Of a stretch of 64,000 bases of DNA, positions 38,371 to 53,384 are shown piece after piece. A program made the position numbers and the translations under genes. Origin of the DNA: Octopus vulgaris (lineage: Eukaryota); the NCBI GenBank assembly GCA_951406725.2, contig OX597814.1, positions 218,240,001 through 218,304,000 of the forward strand, in the 5' to 3' direction. Every line of letters starts with the position of its first letter. Within the stretch, counting starts at the first letter, position 1. The notes under the pieces are model-generated. The model was not told the origin of the DNA, made no database searches, and worked only from the letters and a program-made list of their open reading frames with translations.

Positions 38371-38820
38371 ACATAAAAAGCACTATCCGAACGTGGACGA
38401 TGCCAGCGCCGCCCCGACTGGCTTCTGTGCCGGTGGCACATAAAAAGCACCATCCGAACGTGGCCGATGCCAGCGCCGCCCCGACTGGCTTCTGTGCCGG
38501 TGGCACATAAAAAGCACCATCCGAACGTGGCCGTTGCCAGTGCCGCCCCGACTGGCTTCCGTGCCGGTGGCACGTTAAAAGCTCCAACCGATCGTGGCCG
38601 ATGCCGGACCCCCCTGGCACCTGTGCAGGTGGCACGTAAAAAGCACCCACTACACTCACGGAGTGGTTGGCGTTAGGAAGGGCATCCAGCTGTAGAAACT
38701 CTGCCAGATCAGACTGGAGCCTGGTGCAGCCCCTGGCTTCCCAGACCCCAGTCGAACCGTCCAACCCGTGCTAGCGCGGAAAACGGACATTAAACGAAGA
38801 TGAGGATGATGATGATGATG
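38371..38820 (+). mobile_element. SINE family D with an internal 67-bp tandem repeat and (GAT)n tail
   Basis: Units at 38371, 38438 and 38505 plus a diverged fourth unit; 3' end matches 2517-2667. Confidence 0.8.
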
Positions 38821-39326
38821 AAAATACACTGATAATAACGACAGTAATCAACCACCCGAAGGCAAACGAGCCAAGCCAATCTCTCAGCATACATTTAAGT
38901 ATTTGGATTCACGTGGATCGGTTTCTAGACTGGCTTAATAGCTTATATTATTAAATTGTGTTATTATCGTGTAAATGTATATGCGTATATTCACAGTAAC
39001 GCGACAACTTTTCAAATCTTAATTCTTTTACGCTTTTATTCTTTTACATGTTTCAGTCATTTGACCGGGGCCATGTTGGAGCACCAGCCTTTAGTCGAAG
39101 AAATCGATCCCAGGACTTATTCTTTGTAAGCTTGCTACTCATTCAATCGGTCTCTTTTGCCGAACTATAATGTTACGGGGCCGTAAACACACCAACATCG
39201 GTTGTCAAGCGATGGTGGGGGGAGTGGGAAAAACACATACACATACACATATACATATACATACACAAACATACATACATACATACACACACACAGATTT
39301 AACATATATATATATATACACACACT

Positions 39327-39375
<49 letters not shown>

Positions 39376-39379
39376 GTAC

Positions 39380-39419
<40 letters not shown>

Positions 39420-39812
39420 TTTTACTCTCTTTTACTTGTTTCAGTCATTTGACTGCGGCCATGCTGGAGCACCGCCTTTAGTCGAGCAACTCGACCCCGG
39501 GACTTATTCTTTGTAAGCCCAGTACTTATTCTATCGGTCACTTTTGCCGAACCGCTAAGTTACGGGGACGTAAACACACCAGCATCGGTTGTCAAGCAAT
39601 GCTAGGGGGACAAACACAGACACACAAACATATACACACACACTTATATATATATACATATATACGACAGGCTTCTTTCAGTTTCCGTCTACCAAATCCA
39701 CTCACAAGGCATTGGTCGGCCCGGGGCTATAGCAGAAGTCCAGCCACGCAGTGGGACTGAACCCGGAACCATGTGGTTGGTTAGCAAGCTTCTTACCACA
39801 CAGTCAACCTGT
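39420..39812 (-). mobile_element. SINE family B (a partial second copy lies at ~39030-39230)
   Basis: Reverse complement of the family B sequence. Confidence 0.88.
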
Positions 39813-40609
39813 GCGTATGTTTACATAATCTTACAATTCCGCGACAAATAACCACTTATGTCAATATCTGTTCATAAATGAATAAAAACAAAAAAAAAAA
39901 AATTAAAACAATTCGCTCCATCCTTCTTTGACGACATTTAAGTTGCTAACGGCGAAATTGAAGTTGATGACAACGTAATCAAGGCTAATAACGAAACTGC
40001 CTCTGACAATGACGAATTTGACAATGACGAATTTGACCATGACGTTGACATGATTGGGCTTGGTAATATTGAATTTGAATGGTAAACCCTGTACATATGC
40101 ATACATACATATATACATACATGCATATATTATATTATACTATATTATATTATATTATATTATATTATATTATATAGTGTATAAATGCATATGTATGTGT
40201 GCGTGCAAGTATGTGTGTGCTTGTATTTCCGCACCGGAAAAAAATGCTTATGAGCATTTCTTCCGCCGAGGTCGACTTCGCCTTTAATTCTATTGGTATC
40301 GATAAAATAATTATCAATCAGGTGCCGTGGTCGGTATAATCGACTAACCCCTTCACCGAAATTGCGGGCCTTATTTCAAAACATTGAAGCCAATGTTTAT
40401 AAAAATGTATAAAATGTGTATATAAAATATACGCTGGCGTTGTGCTGTAAATAATCTCGCTCCGAAATGTCTTTCACTTCCTTTATTTATACTGGGTGTC
40501 CATTTATTACCATTACAGTTTGAAAAATTCAGGAAAAAAATGAAAAATATGGATAATTCAGCAGAGTTTATTGGAAAACGTAGGCGAAAAACTAAAGTTT
40601 TATTAAAAA

Positions 40610-41122
40610 CTAGCAGTATCGTCCGGCGTTGCTCGGGTTTGTAAGGGAAATAACTATATAAGCATTTTTAGAGAGTTACTTCCCTTATAGATGCCAATTC
40701 GGGCTTTCTTAGCCATTTCTGTTTTGGTGTCTTCAACCCATGAAGTCGTTGTTCTAAAAGAACGCTGGTCTCCTTGACAACGCTTTACGACGTTGATTTC
40801 CTTACACTCCCTTCCCCACAGCTTCACGAGGGAGGGAAGAAGGAGGAGAAGCAAACAGGTGCAGGTGTGACCATGGACGCCAACTCCGCCGCCATCGACA
40901 CACGAAAAAATATGCATTAAAATGGAATAAAAAATGATGTTAAATTATTTTTAAAATCGTAGACTCATCGTAGACGCGCGCTAATAGCCAGACGGGCTCG
41001 ATATGAATCACGACTATAAGATACCCGGTTTTGGTTAAACTGCACCGCAAAATGTGGGAGTAGTTAGGAATCTAAATCGAAGGGGACAGACACTCACACA
41101 ACTACAGTTTTATATATATAGA
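40610..41122 (-). mobile_element. Non-autonomous Helitron
   Basis: Minus strand reads A|TCTATATATATAAAAC ... CCCGAGCAACGCCGGACG-ATACTG-CTAG|T. Confidence 0.85.
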
Positions 41123-41433
41123 TATCAGCACACTTGCATGTGAGTTCCACTGGTTGCAAGCAACACATCTCGGCGATAAATTGTGAAAGTTGTGAAGATA
41201 ATTTATGGAAACCTTCTCATATATACAGCTCTGGGTTAAAAGTCACGCACCAAGATATTTGGCATTTTCTTTTATATCACCTTATTACTAATGTTATTTA
41301 ATTTGTTCATCCTGTACGTGTGCATTCGGTATTCTTCTATTCATTTTATTCATTATTAGATAAGCATGTCATTGAGCGTATTGAACTTTGAACATATTGA
41401 ACTTGCTTTGTGAGTGACTTTAGGGTTACCCTG

Positions 41434-41638
<205 letters not shown>

Positions 41639-41998
41639 AATAAATTAATTTACTCTGCTATGTATTGAGTACCTTATTTACTGTGGTTAACCCCGACTCA
41701 ACCCGGGACCTACATATATATATATATATATATATAAACCAGCTTAGAGAAGAAGAAGAAACGAAACGAAACGAAACGAATCGAATCGAATCGAATCGAT
41801 GCGAAGGCGCTCAGTCATACAATAGTGTAATAAATAAAATATATGCATACATACAAACATATATGTACGTACCTACATCTACATGTATATATACATGCAT
41901 ATATAAATATATATACGTGTGTACAGGACACCACAAATAGACGTAGAACTCAACGAGAAACGAAAACGTAAAAACAGCATGGAACGGACCATTCCTTT

Positions 41999-42068
<70 letters not shown>

Positions 42069-43189
42069 TATATATGTATTGTTGTATTTCAGGATGGTCA
42101 TTTTTTTTTGTTTTGGCTAAAATGAAAATCCCGAAATACAACGATATCCGTTTTAACACACAATTTCACATCAGGAATCTTGCAACACAAATTGATAACC
42201 GTATACCTATATTACATTAAAAGTGAACTTCAATCTTGCTTGCTTGCAATGTTACACAGCCAAACCGGCGCATAATGGGAAAATACTTTGAAAGTGATGC
42301 GCCCCTGAAATGTGAATGTAAACAGAATAAATCGGACCAGTGGTTATTGAAATATTCGGTATTTTGGGGGTATAAATACCCAAAACGGTGCATAATTGGA
42401 AAATACTCTGAAAATAACTTAACCCTGAAAGGAAAGAAATTCTGATCTTTCTATTAGACACATTATAATGGGCAAAATATTTTAAAGTGAAAATGACTTA
42501 AAAATACAGTATATATTTCGTAAAAGGTCCGTTCGTAAACTCGGTGTGAAATAGTTTTTTCGATAGTTTTCTTTCGAGTGCATTCAACGTATCTCACCTC
42601 CAAAGATTTGGCTCCTATTTCTAGCACGCCATAGTACCACGTAACAGCTATTTTTGATAAAGGACCCGAGATACATTTTATGTGGTAGCAGGGCGTGCAA
42701 AAAATAGCAGCCAGATCTTTCCTTTTCTGAGGAAAGGAGCCGTTTATTCGTGATTTTGATGTCATATTCGTTGGAAGTATGCGAAATAACCTGGAAAAAA
42801 AAACCCCACGAAACAAAATTCCGTTGCTGGGGAACTCAGACTTTCCTGGTACCTTGAATTATTGGTGACCCAACGGATCACGGATAGTCTAAGATATACA
42901 TATATATATAAGCATTGAAGATAACGATTTTGCGATAAAAAATATTCCCCACTTCAATTTATTTTTACTATTCTTCGTTAATCTTTGGATTCTAAACTAC
43001 AATTCTACGCTTTGAAATCTTAAATCCTAGGCAATAAACCCTAAACCCTAAACCCTAAACCCTAAACCCAAAACCCTAAACCCAAAACACTAAGGTGAAC
43101 CTAATTTTTCTTTGTTATTTTCTCTTCTTCAAAAAGTCGAAAATAAAAAGGAAATAGATACAGTCTTATGTATTTAAAAAATAATTTTT

Positions 43190-43490
43190 ATGCGCCCTTT
43201 TTAAACCTAGCCAGGCTCATGGGCCCGGTTTCCCGGTTTCTGTGGCGTATGTGCTCCCCCCAGCTGGACGGGACGCCAGTCCATCGCAGCGTTACTCAAG
43301 AAACAGGAAGAAAGAGTGAGAGAAAGTTGGGGCGGAAGAGTACAACAGGGGTCGCCACCACCCCCTGCCGGAGCCTCGTGGAGCTTTAGGTGTTTTCGCT
43401 CAATAAACACACACAACGCCCGATCTGGGAATCGAAACCGTGATCCTCCGATCGCGAGTCCGCTGCCCTAACCACTGGGCCATTGCGCCT
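43190..43490 (-). mobile_element. SINE with family A head and an alternative 3' end (partial related copy at ~23255-23417)
   Basis: tRNA head ...CCACTGGGCCATTGCGCC; 3' end CTCATGGGCCCGGTTTCCCGG is shared with the sequence near 23280. Confidence 0.8.
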
Positions 43491-43529
43491 CACAGTCTTA
43501 TGTAAGAATCCTTAAAAAGGGTACAATAG

Positions 43530-43564
<35 letters not shown>

Positions 43565-43921
43565 ACACATACGACGGGATTCTTTCAGTTTCGCCCACCA
43601 GATCCACTCGATCCGAGTCTATAGTAGAATACACTTGCCCGAGTCGCCACATCAAGTGCAACTGAACCCAGAACCAAGTAGTTGGAAAGCAAACTTTTTA
43701 TTACATAGTCACATATGATTATACAATTATATATTATGTAATATATAATTTTTGATGACCAATCCTGATTAAATGACATATTCATCACCGGTTCAAGACT
43801 ACCTCAATTTGGCCTCCCCTATTGGGGAAGGCATACAAACCAGAAATGCACTTAGGAACCCAATAGAGGGCACCACTAAGTTGATAATGGAGTATTTACA
43901 CCTTTGCTATAAGCGAGAATT

Positions 43922-44349
43922 GGCGATCTTTCGTCTCTAGTAGACCTTTCCGTCGATTTCCGTAAAAAATTTTTTTTTTTTTACATATGGGCTTGCGGGA
44001 ACTTTTGAAGTAATATACATACATATACACATACACCGAGTAAAAAATTTCAGTTATCTCTCTCTTTCACACATTACTCTGTCTCTTCACACACACTAAC
44101 AGAAGCACTTCACTTACACAACATACTGTCTGTCTCCCACACCCCATCAAACACACACACACACACGCGCACACACACACATATACATCAATGCTCCCAT
44201 GCACGGTAACTTCAAAAGAACTTCCCTCGTCATACAATCGCTTTCTCTTAGTCTCTTTCGCTCTCATTACTTCAAAAGTTCCCACAAGCCCATATGTAAA
44301 AAAAAAAAATTTTTTTACGGAAATCGACGGAAAGAGACGAAAGATTGCC
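43922..44349. mobile_element. MITE with GG..CC termini and 8-bp TSD (Merlin-like)
   Basis: TIR GGCGATCTTTCGTCTC...; TSD CGAGAATT; sister copy at 61137-61542. Confidence 0.9.
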
Positions 44350-45240
44350 CGAGAATTATTTCTCCACGGTAAACCGTAATGAAATTGCCTTTAAAAATCG
44401 ACATATGTCCCGAACATCTTTGTATTAACCTAAACTTTGTTTATTTCCCATTACTACTTCGCGCTACGACTTCCGGTGCATTTAATCAGACCGGGCTGTC
44501 TACGGGCGCCAACCGATCACTGTTATTGACTGATTCATTATAAAGCTAGTTAGAAAATCACCATAAGAGATTTACTAAAATACTAATATATTTAAATAAC
44601 AGTGCTCTGCTAAAGTATTTTATAGATGTGTGCATACTGTGCGCGTGTTCGTGGTCTAAATGTATAAACCAGAGTGATGTTTTTGCAATGAAGGATGTAA
44701 GGGGTCTAAAGTGAAGTTATAAATTCTACTGAATGAATCGTTTTCTCTTTTCGTCCACTATTTTGATTAATGCATATGTCGAATTCAGCCGGGCAGCTAT
44801 TGTACTTCCCTTGCATTTGTGGCAATGGAAATAGAGTGAGGATGACTGACAAATTTGAAGGGATTAAAAGAAAAACCTCCTATTTAACAATAAACATGCG
44901 TGATGAAACAGTAATTTCGACAGGGAGTAGCAGAAGTATGTTAAATGAGATCACTTGATAACACATATTGACACCGGAGTACAGCAGCGTAATTTTGTAA
45001 GATAAGAATATAATGCTCTTAAGTTTGGGCTCACATTCATCTATTCGTGAGATACAAGTGGAACGGCATAAAATAAAACAGCTCGTTAATTAGGTAACTA
45101 AGCAAGGACATTGAAGGGTGAGAAAACTTTGCCGCAGCACTTAAGTATACACTTAACAAGAGAAAGAAGGAAACGTTTATTTAGTCCAAGTTTGTTGTTC
45201 CAAAAGCAGCAGATCTTTCTTTTTGGCTGAAACTTTTATG

Positions 45241-46193
45241 GGATCTTTTCACTTTCATCGGCAGATCGAGAAATTATTTTTTTGTAAGTAAACACTTTCA
45301 AACTTCGGACATTGGTAGAATGTGTCATATAAAACATTTTTTACTCTTAGCGTTGTTGAGAAAAGTTTCTATTTACAAAGTTATTTCCTGTTAAAGTTAT
45401 CGTATTTCGGTAATTTCAACCAATCAATGACGTGTATTTATGACATCGTTCGTGCGTTTGTACTGATTTTAGTTTTAGGGCTTTAGGGTTAGGGTTATGG
45501 TTTTAGGTTAGGGTTTTAGGGTTAGGGTTTTAGGGTTAGGGTTTTAGGGTTAGGGTTTTAGGGTTAGGGTTTTAGGGTTAGGGCTAGGGTTTTAGGGTTA
45601 GGGTTAGGGTTTCGGAAAAAGTGAAAAATGAAGAAATTGGAGGAGGGCCAAAAATGTCAAAATTCCGATTTTTGGCAATTTTCCGGAATCTCCGTATCCG
45701 AAAAGGTGAGTTTTGGGCAAATTTTTTTTTTTTTAAAACAATAATTTGCAAGAAAATGGGGTGGAGGTGGGAAGAAGTCTTTCCGAAAATAGCTGAAAAA
45801 CAGGTAAAAAAACCCCCATAAAAAGCAGTAGAAATGCACGAACGATTATGGTGATGTCATGAAGTAAACATGTTTCAGATACACTCCTTTATTCATAGAA
45901 ACGTAACTGAGATGAAATGTGTCATAAATAACAGTGACTAACGAAATATGCACCGCCAGAAGTTGTTGTTGACAAACAACAGCAGTAATTTTATTCAGCT
46001 GAATACACGTCATTGATTGGTTGAAATTACCGAAATACGATAACTTTAACAGGAAATAACTTTGTAAATAGAAACTTTTCTCAACAACGCTAAGAGTAAA
46101 AAATGTTTTATATGACACATCCTACCGATGTCCGAAGTTTGAAAGTGTTTAGTTACAAAAAAATAATTTCTGCCGATGAAAGTGAAAAGATCC
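45241..46193. mobile_element. Long-TIR (~190 bp) GGATC-terminated MITE with an internal telomere-like array
   Basis: TIR GGATCTTTTCACTTTCATCGGCAGA; TTAGGG/TTTTAGGG array at ~45475-45610; no intact TSD seen. Confidence 0.85.
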
Positions 46194-46321
46194 TTGTTTT
46201 GTTTATTTACTCTACATCATAATATTTCTGAACACGTTTCTTTTATTGGTGTTTACTGGTAACATACTGTAGCGTTGGTAGGAAGAAAGGCTTATTGTAA
46301 GTATATATAGGCATCATTTGT

Positions 46322-46708
46322 GGAGGCGCAATGGCCCAGTGGTTAGGGCAGCGGACTCGCGGTCATACGATCGCGGTTTCGATTCCCAGACCGGGCGTTG
46401 TGAGTGTTTATTGAGCGAAAACACCTAAAAGCTCCACGAGGCTCCGGCAGGGGATGGTGGTGATCCCTGCTGTACTCTTTCACCACAAACTTTCTCTCAC
46501 TCTTACTTCCTGTTTCTGTTGTACCTGTATTTCAAAAGGGCCAGCCTTGTCACTCTCTTGTGTCACGCTGAATATCCCCGAGAACTACGTTAAGGGTACA
46601 CGTGTCTGTGGAGTGCTCAGCCACTTACACGTTAATTTCACGAGCAGGCTGTTCCGTTGATTCGGATCAACCAGAACCCTCATCGTCGTAACCGACGGAG
46701 TGCTTCCA
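46322..46708 (+). mobile_element. SINE family A
   Basis: Near-identical to 1908-2290; CATCATTT on both flanks. Confidence 0.9.
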
Positions 46709-48202
46709 GACATCATTTACTGCTACATTGATACAGAAGGTATTCATGCAATAAAACATGAGTACATTTTATATGAAACGACCTATATTACAAGCATGGG
46801 ACATCTCTGTCAGAAATTCAATATTTAGGCTAATTTTTACACATCAGTGCATATTCTTGTTGTCATGTTGCCGCAGTATGTTTCTTCATCTATCATGCCG
46901 GGTTGAATATTCAGCTGTGAAGACAGCTATAAGTCGAAAGAAAGCTCCAACAAGGACTTAATCACTCTGCTCTTTTCGCGCTAAAATAAGCTGTATTTGT
47001 TGACTCTGTTCACAGAAAGACCTCGTCATGCCGCCAGACTATCAGGTGAACGAAAGTCGTTGACCAGATGGAAATTGTATTAGCACGCTTGATCAACATA
47101 TGATTTCCATGCCAAACGTGGGGTCGAATCCAACTGTTATAACTTTAAACAATAAAAACCAGGTGTAGGCAAAGCCGTGTAAACACGTTTACAGTGCAAT
47201 CATATCGCCCTAGATTCGCCCCCTTTCTACGGCACTTTGGACAAATGTCTTTTACCACAGCTTCAGGTTGACTAAAGATTATGGGTAAAACTGGATTAAC
47301 ACAACCTGTGTGGATGCCCTTCGAATGGATTGTACCAGTCAACAGACATGGTAGACAAAATCCGCCACCCGGGGGTTGACAATACTACCTCGGTCCTTTA
47401 GTTCCTTTAACATATTCTAAACTGTGCAAACCTTCGAACTCGGTTTCCAGTTTAAGGATGATTCGATATTTTGATGCATTACTTCACCTGCAGCAACCTA
47501 TGTGTCGTATTGCCTTCCTTTTTCAATAACAGAGACCCCCCACCCTTGCAAAAAGGTCTTGGATGTTGCCGTTCTTCCTCATGACATGGAGCTCCAATCA
47601 TTGTCGACGCCTGTAAGCAAGGCACATGAAGTGACATACTATTTATTCGGTCAGTCTAATTTCTTAGGACAACTCTCTCTCTCTCTCTCACTCACACTTC
47701 AAGATTTTTCTGTCTTTAATCGATTGTTTTTAAGTGAATCAGACTGTCGCTCAAGAGATCCTATTGTCATTATACTCTTTTTCAAGCGTGCACTTTAGTC
47801 ATTCAGATCAATCAGATCAATCAGTAACGTGGGGAATAAAGCAAGAGCTGCAAGCTAAAGAGGAATCCTCTTTGTGGTCGTGCGTCTTACTAGAAATTAC
47901 GGTCAAACTTTCCACAAACCACACTCTACTTAATATATCAAAAAAGGAACGATACATTTGATAATGTACTTCTGCCTGGGGGAAAAGATGGATGGTCCCA
48001 GCAAGTACTCTTTTGACTGTTGTTCAGCTTTACGATATCTGGCCTGGAGTTTAAGAACAACAAATGACTCTTGTCTATAAATCTTTATCTTGTTTTCTTA
48101 ATGAACCACAACAGCAACAAGGATGAAAACAACATATTCATTGTAAATAGATGATATATAAATTTCTTTCAAATATTTTCATGCTTTAATATTACAGTTA
48201 TT

Positions 48203-48327
48203 TTAGACACTATATATTCCTATCCCAGTAAGATAAATAAAAATAGGAATTGTTGTTTTCAAATAGTGTTGATTTTTTATGCTTTGTTCGCCAGAAGTTT
48301 GATACCGTTTATTCTGCTGCATTTTAC
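48203..48327 (-). CDS. Predicted terminal coding exon of the EGF-domain gene (hydrophobic C-terminal tail)
   Basis: Acceptor ttctgttttcag; phase 1 reading (G)KMQQNKRYQTSGEQSIKNQHYLKTTIPIFIYLTGIGIYSV*; ATTAAA shortly after the stop. Confidence 0.55.
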
Positions 48328-48600
48328 CTGAAAACAGAAGCAAATAAGAAGCATACATATAATATTTTTGTTATCTTTAGACAAAGTCAGACGAATATTT
48401 CCAAATCTTGTATGAAACAAAATGCAAAAGAGAATAAACACACGTCGTCTGTCTATTATAAAGGTGAACTACATAATTCATTGAACACTTATGTATGTAT
48501 AATTTCATGCATTATTAAAGCCTATACAGTATTAGTCTGTTGCTCTGTGGGGTCGATGCTTAGCACCATAAGGATAAGAGGAAACATCAAAAGATTCGTA

Positions 48601-49545
48601 TTAGGTTGTCAAGAAAGTTCTTGCGGAATTTTAAATTTTGGTTTTAAATGATGTATTTTCAAATTATTTTTCGTTAAATTACTTTGACTTAATAAATCAT
48701 TTTAAAGCCCGTTTTTTGCTCTATTTAATCGTGTTACTCTTTTTCTTTTTGAATAATTAGGCCATTTTTTCCGGAACGTTGAATACAACATGGACAAAAA
48801 GCAAATTCGCACAATTTTCTTATTCCAGTTCATGCTAGGCCGAAAAGCTGCTGAAACAGCTCGCGATATCAATGATGCGTTTGGCCCAGGAACCATTAAT
48901 GAACGTACAGCACAATGGTGGTTCAAGAAATTTCGTAGTGGTGACGAGAGTCTTGAAGATGATAAGCGTAGTGGTCGACCATCGGATGTTGACAACGATC
49001 AACTAAGAGCCTTAGTCGAAGCTAATCCACGCACAACTGTTCGAGAGCTTGCTTCTGAATTAGACGTAACGTAAGCGACAATTTCCGACCACTTGAAAGA
49101 GATTGGAAAAACAAAAATACTTGAGAAATGGGTGCCGCACGAATTGAAGGACAACCCCCCAAAACGCCCGTTTTGAAGTGTCGTCTTCCCTTCTGTTATG
49201 CAGCAATAACGACTCGTTTCTCGACCGGATTGTGACTTGCGAGGAAAAGTGGATTCTTTACAACCGGCGACGCTCAGCTCAGTGGTTGGACGCCGATGAA
49301 GCTTCACGGCACTTCCCGAAGCCAAAGTTGCACCAAAAGAAGGTCATAGTGACTGTTTGGTGGTCTGCGGCCGGTCTCATCCATCACAGCTTTTTGGATC
49401 CAGGCGAAACCATTACGGCGGAGAAGTACTGTCAGCAAATGGATGAAATGCATAAGAAACTCCGACAACAACAGCCAGCATTGGTTAAAAGAAAAGGACC
49501 AATTCTTCTCCACAACGCTCGGCCGCACGTCGCACAACTGACCCT
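48601..49545 (+). mobile_element. Mariner (Mos1/Hsmar-like) transposon, truncated at a (CAG)/(CAA) tract
   Basis: TA|TTAGGTTG TIR; ERTAQWWFKKFRSGD..LED..RSGRP, WVPHEL, IVTCEEKWILY, LLHNARPH; premature stops. Confidence 0.92.
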
Positions 49546-49570
49546 GACGACTACTACCATCACCACCACC

Positions 49571-49700
<130 letters not shown>

Positions 49701-50747
49701 CCTTTATAAAAACTGATGCTTGCAAAGTGAAAAAGGGTTCGCAAATGTATGGAGTTTATTTATGAGGACCAGGAATAGGAAATGCAAAAACTAACCTCAC
49801 CAAAATAGCAGAACAATATGCTTAAACATAATACAACAAGCTCGAGGGGAAACTCAAAGGAAAACAATAAAATGCAAATGTAATGGATTCAAAATGCAAC
49901 AATTTGAGTGCGATGAAGGACCGGATTGAAAAGCGCCCTAAACCGATCTGGGAGCATAAACCGACACTGCAACCCCACCACCACCACCAAAAAAAGAAGT
50001 ATCGCCAACATCACTGTAATCCCCAAAGAAACCCTACCAACACCACTTAATCATACTACAAACCTAAACATAGAGATGCTCAAATGCGCAGAAATATCTC
50101 TCTTCTCCCGGATAAAGACTCCGCCGGTTACGACGACGAGGGTCCCAGCTCAACGGAACAGCTTGATCGTGAAATTAACGTGCAAATGGCTGAGCATTCC
50201 ACAGACACGTGTACCCTTAACGTAGTTCTCGGGGATAATCAGCGTGACACAGAGAGTGACAAGGCTGACCCTTTGAAATACAAGTACAGCTGAGTGGACT
50301 GGAGCAACGTGAAATAAAGTGTCTTGCTCAAGGACACAACGCGTCGCCGGGAATCGAACTCACAACCATACGATCATGAGCCGAATGCCCTAACCACTAA
50401 GCCACAGAGATTTCTCTGTCAGCAAAAATTCAGTTTGCGAAGAAATCCTATGATAAGAATTATCAGAATGGCAAATTTGATGAACGATAGATGGGAAATG
50501 GCAAGGATGGTCCTAGTGAATGCGCCTACTCTGAGCAGGGGCTTGTAAATTGAGGGAGGAGCAAAGGGAGAGAGCATGTGTCCTAATGGTCTGGGTGGCC
50601 GCAGTTTGTGGGATTGTCAATGACAACCCTCGGAAGTTTCCCCTCTCCCCTTTTGAGGAATCATTTCTTGTATGAATCGTTGGTTTCTTTGTTACTAATA
50701 TTTTTATGTTTACACGCTTTTTTGGTAACCCCACATTACATTGTGGA

Positions 50748-51129
50748 TGGAAGCACTCCGTCGGTTACGACGACGAGGGTTCCGGTTGATCCGAATCAAC
50801 GGAACAGCCTGCTCGTGAAATTAACGTGTAAGTGGCTGAGCACTCCACAGACACGTGTACCCTTAACGTAGTTCTCGGGGATATTCAGCGTGACACAGAG
50901 AGTGACAAGGCCGGCCCTTTGAAATACAGGTACAACAGAAACAGGAAGTAAGAGTGAGAGAAAGTTGTGGTGAAAGAGTACAGCAGGGATCACCACCATC
51001 CCTGCCGGAGCCTCGTGGAGCTTTAGGTGTTTTCGCTCAATAAACACTCACAACGCCCGGTCTGGGAATCGAAACCGTGATCCTATGACCGCGAGTCCGC
51101 TGCCCTAACCACTGGGCCATTGCGCCTCC
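50748..51129 (-). mobile_element. SINE family A (related chimeric copy at ~50120-50405)
   Basis: Reverse complement of 1908-2290. Confidence 0.9.
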
Positions 51130-51779
51130 TCCATTATATTGTACTGTATCGACTTGAGACTTACTCGATCTTTTTGAAAATCCTTAGTGGTTTATAAAGA
51201 AACCAATATTATTATTATTTATTAAGGCGATGAGCTGGCAGAATTGCCAGCGCGTCCGGCAAAATGCGAAGGTCAACTTTGTTTTTCATCTTTCCAGAGT
51301 TGATAAGTACCAATCAAGTGGTGGAGTCGAGGTAATCGGCTAACCTACTTCTGTTAACAGAAAGAATTATTACCATTCAGTAGCGAGCTGGCAGAATCGT
51401 TATCGCACCGACAAAATGTTTAGTGACATTTCGTCTGGCTATTTACGTTCTGAGACCAAATTCCACCGAGGTCGACTTTGTCTTTCATCCTTGCAGGGTC
51501 GATAAAAGTAATACAGGCTGACCACTAGAGTCGACGTAATCTATTTCTCCTCTCAGATTTGCTAGCCTTGTGCCAAAGCTAGAAAAAATCGTTATTTAGG
51601 CGGTGGCTTGGCAGAATCGTCAGAGCATCGGTAAAGTGCTTTGTGCTTTTTCTTACGTTTAAATTCTCTGCTTGTAATCCTTCCGGAGTCTATAACATAA
51701 AGTACCAGTCGTGAGCTGAGGTCCATATAATCAACGATTTCCTCTTCAAAGAAAGCAGAACGAAACTAATATTATATCA

Positions 51780-52188
51780 CTAGTAGCATAGCCCGGCGTT
51801 GCCCGAGTATGTAAGAGCCCCTAGTAGGCAACGACTAATCCCAATCTAGTTCTTTCCCTCTAGGGAACGAAGGCGCATGTGTAGGTTGCAATGTCTTCTC
51901 TTCACTCGAATACTTCTATGTATACGATGTTCCTAGCTGTCTCCCGACAGAAAATGTGTTGCATATAAAAAGCTTCAGATTCTCGACCCCATGTCGAATT
52001 TATCGATTCTTTTCAGAACTGGGTGAACTTTTCAAAATTTTCGCTGTGTTAGTTTTGAATTATGACATTGGGCTATGTGTGTGTCAAGTTTCATCAGAAT
52101 TGGTTGAAAGCCGTGGTCAGGGTGAGGGTACAACCTGACAGCCACACAGACACACAGACAGACAAACTGCCGTTTATATATATAGAGA
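51780..52188 (-). mobile_element. Non-autonomous Helitron
   Basis: Minus strand reads A|TCTCTATATATATAAACGG ... CTCGGGCAACGCCGGGC-TATGCTA-CTAG|T. Confidence 0.85.
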
Positions 52189-52604
52189 TAAAATAGTGAA
52201 AGAGTTTGGAATTGAGAATTGTAAATCTGATACCGAAAAAAAAAGAAAAGAAAAGAAACAAAAGACTACATAAATTTAATCGAGAAATCTGCAAACTGGT
52301 AAATATTGCATTCAAGAATATTTAAAAGTAGGATGGGGAAATAAAAATGCAAAGAATGTAGAAAACCCACTATTACAGACAAACTTTCCAATGATATCCA
52401 GTTCCCTTCCTTTGCATCACTTATATTTATCGGAAAGATATGAATGCTTTAACTTCTCGTTTCAACGTCACCGATCCTTATACTCACTCTGCCTGTGAAA
52501 AGGATGGGAACCCTTTGTGAATGGGAAAATATTTCAGTATTGCGTTCCTCGTTTGCTCACTGTCTTTCTGACCGCCCGTCTGTCTGTCTCTTTGTCTCTG
52601 TCTG

Positions 52605-52645
<41 letters not shown>

Positions 52646-52937
52646 AGAATGTATAATTTTGAGAATAAAAACACTTGAATTCTGAGATAGAAAAAAAAAA
52701 ATAATAATAATAATTCACTTAAAATATTGTACGTAACGGATGTAGAAACAATCTCTTCAAAACAAAAATCGGTGACGTTACTAAAAGCGCTCCCCTTCCG
52801 AAATTAAAATGGACGACTCTGTAAGAAGCTTGTTTAAGTAAGAAACCAATTCTGCAGTCGGGGAAACGGTGAGAAAGTAATATATTTAACATTAGATTTA
52901 AAAGTAAAGAAGTCTTTCAATCCACACACACACACAC

Positions 52938-52981
<44 letters not shown>

Positions 52982-53160
52982 TAAGTAATTAAGGGTTTAG
53001 CAACGATTTGCCTCACCACTAACCGAGTTTAGAAATAGCAGTCAAAGAGTTTTGGCTATTCTTTCTACTTAAAAGGGGGATCTCAGTAAAACCACAGCAC
53101 TTAAAAGGCAAACGCAGGCAAAAGAGAAAGAAATGACGACAATCATTCTATATTAAGTCA

Positions 53161-53251
53161 CCTACGGACGTACGTTTCGAAATTAAGTCTTAGGAAAGCA
53201 TAAAAATTAGATAATTATGTCTTACCCAACTATTTTTCACTTCAGCGTAGG
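53161..53251 (-). ncRNA. Type I hammerhead ribozyme in a Penelope-like remnant (~52981-53340) next to (TA)n
   Basis: CCTACG-CTGAAGT-GAAA...TTTC-GAAA-C/GTAC/G-TC^CGTAGG: 6-bp helix I, palindromic ACGTACGT helix III, A9->U. Confidence 0.75.
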
Positions 53252-53384
53252 ACTCTACAATTATGAATAATTGTGTATTAAATTTGGAGGTACTAGAAGA
53301 CATCACCTCAACTCATGGTATCAGAGCGAGCTTAAGCCGTTACCAGTATCACCAAATTCAAAGTGTGAATGAAAGTTTGTGTCA

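Noticed and set aside
38371-38650. CRISPR-like 67-bp repeats
   Set aside because: Contiguous tandem repeats inside a SINE, with no variable spacers.
45475-45610. True telomere or chromosome fusion site
   Set aside because: Short, mixed-unit array enclosed by MITE TIRs.
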